In this document: piece after piece, positions 25,504 to 32,000 of the stretch
How the letters are laid out: the number at the start of each line of letters is the position of its first letter
Position numbering within the stretch: position 1 is the stretch's first letter
DNA from: Nostoc sp. PCC 7120 = FACHB-418
GTDB taxonomy: Bacteria > Cyanobacteriota > Cyanobacteriia > Cyanobacteriales > Nostocaceae
Direction of reading: 5' to 3'
DNA: 32,000 nt
Assembly: GCF_000009705.1 (NCBI RefSeq)
Contig: NC_003272.1
Coordinates: 150,001-182,000 of the forward strand
Notes under the pieces: model-generated
The model's database searches: none
What the model saw: only the letters and a program-made list of their open reading frames with translations
Told to the model about the DNA's origin: nothing
Program-made: the position numbers and the translations under genes

Positions 25504-27324
25504 CTAGACCTCATACAAAACCAAACTTGTAGGCTGTAAAACAACCTCCTCCCCCACAGACAACGTCTCAAACCCTTCAGAATCAGCAGAGTCTAATAAC
25601 TTCCGCGCACTCTTTTCAATTGTTAAAACCAGCGACACCGGAGACGTATTAAAATTCATCGCCAATATCACTTCCCTTGACTCACACCAACGCCGTACCA
25701 CAACTATTTGCTTATCCTCATCACTAGTTGCTTCGATATTGTCGCGGTCATAATTCAGCAATGCGGGATGAGTTTTGCGTAAATGAATTAACTGACGATA
25801 CCAATCCCATAAAACCTTGTGCTGACCTTGATGACGTAATTCCCAGTTGAGTTTACAACGTAGGAAAGTTTCCGCCGATTCGGGGTCTGGTGGGTCTTCC
25901 GCATAATGGAACGCTTCAAACTCTTCCTTGCGTCCAGCACGTACCGCTTGAATCAAATCGAGGTCAGAATGACTGACAAAATATATAAAAGGTGCAGTTT
26001 CGCCATATTCTTCACCCATAAATAACAACGGTAAATAAGGCGATAGCAACACAGCACCAGCCGCTAACTTCAACCCTGCAAAGGAAATTCGCTCAGATAA
26101 GCGTTCCCCCTGCATTTGATTACCTATTTGGTCATGATTTTGGATACATACCGAAAACTGAGATAATGGGCGATCGCGGCATGATATACCATGAAAACGT
26201 TTACGGTGTGGCGCATACCGCCAATCATAGACAAAAGTATCTGCGTAGGCTTTAGCTAAATCGGCACACTTACCGAAGTCTTGATAATAACCTTGGCGAT
26301 CGCCTGTTAACAATGCGTGTAATGCGTGGTGAAAGTCATCACTCCACTGTGCATCAAGTCCATAGCCACCCGATTCTACCGGACGAATAATTTGGGGATT
26401 ATTCAAGTCACTTTCAGCAATTAAATGGCGTTTCCATGTTCCTCCTTGGGAGAAGTTATGTACAGCCTCCGCCAATTCCCACAAGAAATGCTTTGCACCC
26501 AAATCATAGATTGCTTGAATCGCATCCAACCGCAACCCATCTATGTGGAACTCTCCTAACCAATACAGCGCATTTTGAATAAAATAATTCCGCACACCTT
26601 GACTATAGGCATCGTCAAAATTCATCGCATTGCCCCAAGGTGTCTTATATGTTCTAGTAAAATAGGGCGCGAACTGACCCATATAATTACCTTCTGGGCC
26701 AAAGTGGTTATAAACCACATCCAGCACTACAGCAATACCATTTTCGTGACAAGCATTGACAAAATTCTTTAAATCTGCGGGGCTACCATAAGAATTTTGG
26801 ACAGCAAACGGATAAACACCGTCATAACCCCAGTTACGGTATGCTAAGTCAGGCTCAATATGATCATCACCCGGAAATTGAGCGATCGGCATAAGTTCAA
26901 TGGCATTGATACCCAACTCCCTTAGTTCTGGTAACCGGGGAATGATAGTGGTAAAGGTTCCTTCAGGCGTAAAAGTCCCTACATGAAGTTCATAGAAAAT
27001 CATCGATTCTAAGGAAATTCCAGACCAAGTTTTATCTGTCCACTCAAATTTATGATCAACAACTTGAGAAGCCCCGTGAACTCCTTCTGGTTGATATTGA
27101 GAAGCAGGATCAGCAAAGGCTTCTTGGTCATTTAATTGATATCGATACAGCGTACCTGGATACACATCATTTACTTTTATCTGCCAATATCCCTCCCCTT
27201 GAGCTTTAAGCGGAATTAACTTTTCCTCTGGCTTTAAGATTTGCACTGCAACGCTGTTTAATGTTGGAGACCAAACTGTAAATTCACACTCTCCATTACC
27301 CAAGTAGTGAGCGCCAATTTTCAT
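25504..27324 (-). CDS. treZ: Malto-oligosyltrehalose trehalohydrolase (GH13)
   Basis: MKIGAHYLGNGECEFTVWSP..., VVLDVVYNH, GLRLDAIQAI, LIAESDLN and QNHDQIGN. The ATG at 27324 has GAGGAGG upstream, so I prefer it over the TTG at 27375. Confidence 0.9.
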   Translation of the reverse strand: MKIGAHYLGNGECEFTVWSPTLNSVAVQILKPEEKLIPLKAQGEGYWQIKVNDVYPGTLYRYQLNDQEAFADPASQYQPEGVHGASQVVDHKFEWTDKTWSGISLESMIFYELHVGTFTPEGTFTTIIPRLPELRELGINAIELMPIAQFPGDDHIEPDLAYRNWGYDGVYPFAVQNSYGSPADLKNFVNACHENGIAVVLDVVYNHFGPEGNYMGQFAPYFTRTYKTPWGNAMNFDDAYSQGVRNYFIQNALYWLGEFHIDGLRLDAIQAIYDLGAKHFLWELAEAVHNFSQGGTWKRHLIAESDLNNPQIIRPVESGGYGLDAQWSDDFHHALHALLTGDRQGYYQDFGKCADLAKAYADTFVYDWRYAPHRKRFHGISCRDRPLSQFSVCIQNHDQIGNQMQGERLSERISFAGLKLAAGAVLLSPYLPLLFMGEEYGETAPFIYFVSHSDLDLIQAVRAGRKEEFEAFHYAEDPPDPESAETFLRCKLNWELRHQGQHKVLWDWYRQLIHLRKTHPALLNYDRDNIEATSDEDKQIVVVRRWCESREVILAMNFNTSPVSLVLTIEKSARKLLDSADSEGFETLSVGEEVVLQPTSLVLYEV

Positions 27325-27700
27325 GCAGTATCCTCCTCTTAAATAACGTGTTGTGAAAAATGTCACCAAAAACAAATGTCATCGATTACACACTTTTCAG
27401 TCATGCACCAGATAGAATCATGATTTGTCACTGAGCCAATTTACTAGAATCAAAAGGTATATTTCTTGTTAGCTAAAAGTAGTATTATTTGTGAATTTCA
27501 TATTCTTGATTTTTCTAATAAGTGGACAACATTGCTTCAAAACAGCTTCTAGCAAAGCTTAATCACAACTTACCCGCAGATAGATGTACAGAAAAAAAAA
27601 TTAGATAGATAATACCTATGGTTTACAGAAATGCGGAAATACAAAAACTTGTATCTCTGTTTATACATACTTTATATCGCATTAAAAATTGCATTTTTTT

Positions 27701-29629
27701 ATGGTACAAACACCACCATCACAATTTTCCGAAGAACAATACAAAATCGAAAATGCTAATGCAGAGGTACAAGCATTAATCGAATCACCTACGCCAGAGA
27801 CAGAAATAGATTTAGAATTTCTCTACACTAGGGATATTGAATTTCGCCAAGAAACTATTTACTTTCTAGTAGTTGATCGCTTTTATGATGGCGACCCTGA
27901 AAATAGCGAAGGCTATAATCCAGAACTTTATGACCCAAATGGAGAAGATTGGGGTAAGTATTGGGGAGGCGACTTACAAGGAGTTATTGATAAATTAGAC
28001 TATCTAAAAGATATGGGAGTAACCGCACTTTGGTTAACTCCTTTATTTGAACAAGTCGAAGAATTATTTGTTGGTAACGCCGCCATGCACGGCTATTGGA
28101 CAAAAGATTTTAAACGGCTGAATCCCCGCTACATTGGTAAGGATGAAAATCCTTCTTTAAACAATACTCAAGAAACCAGAAATACTACTTTTGACCGCTT
28201 AGTTACAGAATTACACAAGCGGAAAATGAAGCTCATACTTGATATCGTCTGCAACCATAGCAGTCCTGATACTAGTGGTAGCAAAGGCGAATTATATGAT
28301 GATGGGGTAAAAATCGCCGACTTTAATAATGATGTGAATCATTGGTATCATCACTATGGTGAAGTTGAAGATTGGGAAGATGATTGGCAAGTCCAAAACT
28401 GTGAACTTTCAGGACTGGCAACTTTTAACGAAAACAATACTGAATATCGTCAATACATCAAGTTGGCAATTAAGCAATGGCTAGACCGGGGTGTGGATGC
28501 ACTGCGGGTAGATACAGTCAAACATATGCCGATTTGGTTTTGGCAAGAATTTACTGGTGATATGTATAATCACAAACCAGATGTGTTTATTTTTGGTGAG
28601 TGGATTTACAATCATCCCAGTGACGATCTTTCGGTGGAATTTGCCAATAATTCCGGCATGACTTTACTTGATTTTGGTCTGTGCGTAGCAATTCGCGGCG
28701 CACTAGCCCAAGGCGCAGAAGGGGGATTCCACCTCATCCAAGAAGTATTTGACCAAGATTATCGCTACAACGGAGCTACAGAGTTAATCACCTTTGTTGA
28801 TAACCATGATATGCCCCGCTTTCAATCCCTCAATCCTGATCCGGCGATGTTGAAAGTAGCGATCGCCCTGATTATGACATCACGGGGTATTCCATGTATC
28901 TATTACGGTACAGAACAATATCTGCATGATGATACTAACGGCGGTAATGACCCCTATAACCGCCCCATGATGGGAAATTGGGATACTGATACTGAGGTGT
29001 ATAGATACCTCCGATTGTTGTCTGGTATCCGGCGGTTAAATCCAGCCATCTCTATGGGTAGCCAGTGGCAAAAATACCTCACATCTGATGTTTACTGTTA
29101 TGTCCGCCGTTATCGTTCTTCTGTTTGCTTCGTCGCCCTCAACCGGGGTGCAGAACTCATCTTACCAGAAGTCCAAACAGACTTACCAGATGGTGAACAT
29201 ACTTGCGCCGTGACTCGGAATAAATTTGAGGTAAAAGACGGTAAGATTTACAATCTGCAACTCGAAGAACGGGGAGTCATGGTTTTAAGTCATGTAGGTG
29301 AACGGGTAAAAGCGCAAACAATAGTCCGCGTTCAACTTAATGGTGTACATACTCAACCCGGTGAAACTATCGTAGTTGTCGGCGACTGTCCAGAATTGGG
29401 TAACTGGGATATTAGTAAAGCCTATCCCCTGGAATACATCAACTCTAATACTTGGTTTGCCGAAATACCATTTGATGAAAGCGCAGGTAAACTCATCAGT
29501 TATAAATATGCCATGTGGCGTGAAGGGCGATCGCCTCTGCGAGAAAATATCTTAAATCGTCGTTGGGTAGTGGCGAAGGAAGGCACAGTTAAATGGCGTG
29601 ATACTTGGGCTTCTGGGAGAGAATCTTAA
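27701..29629 (+). CDS. Cytoplasmic GH13 alpha-amylase family enzyme with C-terminal CBM20 starch-binding domain
   Basis: GH13 regions I-IV are present: DIVCNH, GVDALRVDTVKH, FIFGEWIY, FVDNHDMPRF. The CBM20-like tail reads VVVGDCPELGNWD...YKYAMW...W. There is no signal peptide. I prefer the ATG at 27701 over the TTG at 27689. Confidence 0.88.
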   Translation: MVQTPPSQFSEEQYKIENANAEVQALIESPTPETEIDLEFLYTRDIEFRQETIYFLVVDRFYDGDPENSEGYNPELYDPNGEDWGKYWGGDLQGVIDKLDYLKDMGVTALWLTPLFEQVEELFVGNAAMHGYWTKDFKRLNPRYIGKDENPSLNNTQETRNTTFDRLVTELHKRKMKLILDIVCNHSSPDTSGSKGELYDDGVKIADFNNDVNHWYHHYGEVEDWEDDWQVQNCELSGLATFNENNTEYRQYIKLAIKQWLDRGVDALRVDTVKHMPIWFWQEFTGDMYNHKPDVFIFGEWIYNHPSDDLSVEFANNSGMTLLDFGLCVAIRGALAQGAEGGFHLIQEVFDQDYRYNGATELITFVDNHDMPRFQSLNPDPAMLKVAIALIMTSRGIPCIYYGTEQYLHDDTNGGNDPYNRPMMGNWDTDTEVYRYLRLLSGIRRLNPAISMGSQWQKYLTSDVYCYVRRYRSSVCFVALNRGAELILPEVQTDLPDGEHTCAVTRNKFEVKDGKIYNLQLEERGVMVLSHVGERVKAQTIVRVQLNGVHTQPGETIVVVGDCPELGNWDISKAYPLEYINSNTWFAEIPFDESAGKLISYKYAMWREGRSPLRENILNRRWVVAKEGTVKWRDTWASGRES

Positions 29630-29661
29630 CTTGAAAGAAGGGTGAAGTAGATAAAAAAATA

Positions 29662-29683
29662 GGGAAGATTTGTTGATCTTCCC
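29662..29683. terminator. Bidirectional terminator between the amylase gene and tRNA-Leu
   Basis: GGGAAGAT (29662-29669) pairs with ATCTTCCC (29676-29683). An A7 run lies upstream, which is a T7 run on the minus strand, and the downstream plus-strand sequence is T-rich. Confidence 0.65.
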
Positions 29684-29864
29684 CGCTTTGATTATTCTTT
29701 TTCTTGTCTGGCTTGTTAGCTTCTTTGAGCTTTTGCCGCAACATTTGTCTTTGTTTCTTGAGTTGTCGCTTTCTTGCAGAGCCGCCTCTGCCTTTATCAT
29801 TTCTCCCTTCTTTGCGGGGAGATTCCCATCTTTTTAATCGCATCTTCTTTTTTCTAGTTAACAG

Positions 29865-29948
29865 TGGGCAGGAGGAGAATCGAACTCCTATGACCGCAAG
29901 GTCGCCACATTTTGAGTGTGGTGCGTCTACCAATTTCGCCACCCGCCC
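29865..29948 (-). tRNA. tRNA-Leu (anticodon CAA), class II with long variable arm, CCA not encoded
   Basis: I folded this by hand. The acceptor is GGGCGGG/CCUGCCC plus discriminator A. The anticodon arm is CCACA-CUCAAAA-UGUGG. The variable arm is GACC-UUGC-GGUC. The T-arm is AGGAG-UUCGAUU-CUCCU. Confidence 0.92.
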
Positions 29949-29965
29949 TTGGAGGCAACTTCACA

Positions 29966-29995
29966 ATTATAGTACAGCAATTAAGTTTAATGCAA
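29966..29995 (-). promoter_or_regulatory. Candidate promoter of tRNA-Leu
   Basis: On the minus strand this reads TTGCAT (29995-29990), an 18-nt spacer, then TATAAT (29971-29966). The -10 box ends 17 nt upstream of the mature tRNA 5' end. Confidence 0.5.
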
Positions 29996-30024
29996 GGAAT
30001 AAATTAAAATTCTCCTCTACCTAC

Positions 30025-31122
30025 TTACAAATGCAGAAAACTAGTATCAATATCTTGTAACTGAGAACAGCCTATCAGCGCCATTGCCACATTTAACTCC
30101 TTTTGTAGTAGAGAGATAACATGAGATACGCCTGCTTGTCCTCCTACTGCGAGTCCCCATAAAACTGGTCTACCTATGAGAACAGCTTGAGCGCCTATTG
30201 CTAAGGCTTTGATAATATCTGTACCCCGACGGATTCCGCCATCTAGTAAGACTTCTGCTTTACCGTTGACGGCTGCGACTATTTCAGGGAGGGCATCTAG
30301 TGAGGCGATCGCTCCATCAAGTTGCCTGCCCCCATGATTCGACACTACAATTGCTTTAGCTCCATATTCCACCGCCCGCGCCGCATCATCACCGCGCAAA
30401 ATTCCTTTGAGTACCAACGGTAGGGGAGATAAAGACTGCAACCATTCCAAGTCATCCCATGTTAAAGCCGGGTTGAGTTGTTGAGCAAAATAGGTAAACA
30501 ACCCAGATTCTCCTGGTGCATGAGGAATATTTAACCCGGAAATTGTTGTGAGATTAGCCAAATGCAACCCTGGAGGTAACACAAACTCATTACGTCTATC
30601 TCGTTCCCGTTGTCCGAGTACGGGAGCATCCACAGTCAAGCATAACGCTTTGTAACCTGCTGCATAAGCCCTTTCGACCAAAGCGCGAGTCAAACCCCGG
30701 TCTTTGTGGATGTAAAGTTGGAACCATTGTAGAGAAGGAGAAAATTTACTACCAACCTCTGCCACTTCTTCTAAACTTTTGGTGGACAACGTACTCAAAA
30801 CCATACCCGTCCCAGCCGATGCAGCCGCCATTGCTGTGGCTAGTTCGCCTTCCGTATGAGCCAAACATTGAAACGCCATTGGTGCAATTAATAGAGGTAA
30901 TTGCAGAGGTTGTCCCAAAACAGAAGTAGTGAGGTTGATTTGGCTAACATCCACTAGCATTCGTGGACGCAATTTAATACGTTCAAAGACTGCGCGATTC
31001 TCTTGTAATGTGATTTCATCTCCAGCCCCACTAATGTAGTAGTCAAAAGCCATTTGAGATAGATGAGTTTTGGCTAACTGTTCATATTCAAATAGGTTGA
31101 TGGGACTGGATATAGCTGTCAT
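30025..31122 (-). CDS. lox: FMN-dependent alpha-hydroxy-acid oxidase (L-lactate oxidase / glycolate oxidase family)
   Basis: The family signature VSNHGGRQLD is present. The 365-aa ORF resembles GOX/LOX over its full length: INLFEYEQLAK..., PLVLKGIL, LDGGIRRGTD. Confidence 0.88.
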   Translation of the reverse strand: MTAISSPINLFEYEQLAKTHLSQMAFDYYISGAGDEITLQENRAVFERIKLRPRMLVDVSQINLTTSVLGQPLQLPLLIAPMAFQCLAHTEGELATAMAAASAGTGMVLSTLSTKSLEEVAEVGSKFSPSLQWFQLYIHKDRGLTRALVERAYAAGYKALCLTVDAPVLGQRERDRRNEFVLPPGLHLANLTTISGLNIPHAPGESGLFTYFAQQLNPALTWDDLEWLQSLSPLPLVLKGILRGDDAARAVEYGAKAIVVSNHGGRQLDGAIASLDALPEIVAAVNGKAEVLLDGGIRRGTDIIKALAIGAQAVLIGRPVLWGLAVGGQAGVSHVISLLQKELNVAMALIGCSQLQDIDTSFLHL

Positions 31123-31249
31123 GGTGGTAGTTGTGAGTTAACCACAGTTATGATAGATCGCTTTGGAGAGACGCGATTATTCATCGAGGATTTTTTAAAA
31201 GAGCGATCGCCCCCTCTGTTTGGTACTGGTCGCCACTACGAAACAAAAT

Positions 31250-31283
31250 AAAAGCTCCTCTTGGCTATTTTAAAGGAGCTTTT
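31250..31283 (-). terminator. Terminator after the yefM-yoeB pair (symmetrical, could act both ways)
   Basis: AAAAGCTCCT (31250-31259) pairs with AGGAGCTTTT (31274-31283). On the minus strand it is followed by ATTTTGTTT. Confidence 0.65.
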
Positions 31284-31349
31284 ATTGTTTTATCAATATA
31301 GTTTTTTAGAGTTTTTAGATACAGAAGAATTATTTATATTTTTGAAAAA

Positions 31350-31667
31350 TTAATAATGATAGCGGGCTTGTAAAAAATTTATTTCATCGTCTTTAACAAG
31401 GTATACAATTCTATGTTCTTGCGTTAATCGACGAGACCAAGTATCAGGATCTAAATATTTTAAAGGTTCAGGCTTGCCTTTTCCCTTAAAAGGATCTCGG
31501 CAAGTCTCTTTGACAAGATCCAAAGCCTTTAAGGCAACTCGTTGATTAGTTTCTACCCAAAATTCTAAGTCTTCTAAAAATTCAGGTTGAAACACTGTTT
31601 TTCTTTGCTTTGGAGTTACTGGAACTTCTTCGTTTGATTGGTTTTTGTGACTCTTCTTTTTGGTCAA
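31350..31667 (-). CDS. yoeB: YoeB/Txe-family toxin with basic N-terminal extension
   Basis: The core FLEDLEFWVETNQRVALKALDLVKETCRDPFKGKGKPEPLKYL...WSRRLTQEHRIVYLV...ARYHY is canonical YoeB. The TTG at 31667 has AAGGAG 7 nt upstream. An alternative GTG at 31595 has no SD. Confidence 0.85.
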   Translation of the reverse strand: MTKKKSHKNQSNEEVPVTPKQRKTVFQPEFLEDLEFWVETNQRVALKALDLVKETCRDPFKGKGKPEPLKYLDPDTWSRRLTQEHRIVYLVKDDEINFLQARYHY

Positions 31668-31941
31668 ATCCTAACTCCTTACGAATATCATCCAAACTTT
31701 GAGATTCCACAACACCTGATTTAGCTCTATCTAAAGCCCTTAGCAAACGTTCAGCGTTACGTGGGGAACGTAAAAGATGAGCAGTTTCTAAAAGACTCGA
31801 AAGCTCGTCAACAGGTATTAAAGCGACATTTTCAGCATTCCGACGTGTAATAACTACAAAATCACGTTCTGAAGTAACCTTGTCGCATAATTCAGACAAA
31901 CGATCTCGTGCTTGTGTGTAAGTGTAAGTGTTAGAAAGCAT
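31582..31941 (-). CDS. yefM: Phd/YefM-family antitoxin with basic C-terminal extension
   Basis: MLSNTYTYTQARDRLSELCDKVTSERDFVVITRRNAENVALIPVDELSSLLETAHLL is canonical YefM. I prefer the ATG at 31941 over the longer track ORF. Confidence 0.85.
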   Translation of the reverse strand: MLSNTYTYTQARDRLSELCDKVTSERDFVVITRRNAENVALIPVDELSSLLETAHLLRSPRNAERLLRALDRAKSGVVESQSLDDIRKELGFDQKEESQKPIKRRSSSNSKAKKNSVST

Positions 31942-32000
31942 AAGTATTAAAAGCTCCCTTTGTGTACTTTCAAATTTAATCCAGTACATTTTTGCTCAAT

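Noticed and set aside
27325-27375. Longer treZ start at the TTG at 27375
   Set aside because: The ATG at 27324 is preceded by GAGGAGG, and the protein from it begins MKIGAHYLG, as TreZ orthologs do. The extension MFLVTFFTTRYLRGGYC looks non-native.
27630-27660. Possible NtcA box (GTA...TAC) in the treZ/amylase divergent region
   Set aside because: The sequence GTATCTCTGTTTATAC has a 10-nt spacer, not the canonical GTA-N8-TAC. No suitably spaced -10 box was evident.
29630-29948. tRNA-Leu as an integration site for a genomic island
   Set aside because: Only about 235 bp separate the tRNA 3' end from the amylase gene. There is no integrase, no direct repeat of the tRNA 3' end, and no foreign cargo.
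29552-30060. Three overlapping ORFs (29552..29800 -, 29589..29942 -, 29704..30060 +), including a very basic Lys/Arg-rich peptide starting at 29843
   Set aside because: All frames are open only because of a polypurine/polypyrimidine tract. The ORFs overlap the tRNA-Leu gene, run through the 29662-29683 terminator hairpin, and extend into the amylase CDS.

Overview
The window looks like a chromosomal segment from a heterocyst-forming, Nostoc/Anabaena-type cyanobacterium. Two things support this. The HIP1 octamer GCGATCGC occurs about 30 times by manual count, and there are several arrays of STRR-type heptamer repeats, including the classic CCCCA(A/G)T unit. Most genes are recognisable housekeeping or metabolic genes: a partial CruF-like carotenoid gene, rplU-rpmA, chlI, ftsW, a cytochrome c6-like gene, a treZ-treY-treH trehalose operon, a divergent cytoplasmic GH13+CBM20 amylase, tRNA-Leu(CAA) and an FMN-dependent lactate/glycolate oxidase. 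From memory, the tre/amylase/oxidase order matches Anabaena sp. PCC 7120. Between these sit accessory-looking, HIP1-poor patches. One holds a DUF2281-VapC toxin-antitoxin pair next to a PF10127/RlaP-like nucleotidyltransferase. Another holds a cytoplasmic serine hydrolase bracketed by an 11-bp inverted repeat, followed by a decayed BrnA-like antitoxin remnant. A YefM-YoeB pair has an unusual 86-nt dual-coding junction. My best candidate for an undescribed system is a tightly coupled, AT-rich three-gene operon at 11060-13254 on the minus strand. It encodes a 2-TM lysine-rich protein, a hairpin-repeat lipoprotein, and an FHA protein with a Cys4 motif and a Tyr-rich tail. It lies directly upstream of a MurG-like glycosyltransferase and ftsW. 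The second notable item is a UvrD-like helicase whose CDS carries two in-frame heptamer-repeat blocks between helicase motifs II and III, one G-quadruplex-prone (GGGGGCA) and one CCCCA(A/G)T. All family assignments rest on motif recognition by eye; no database search was possible.
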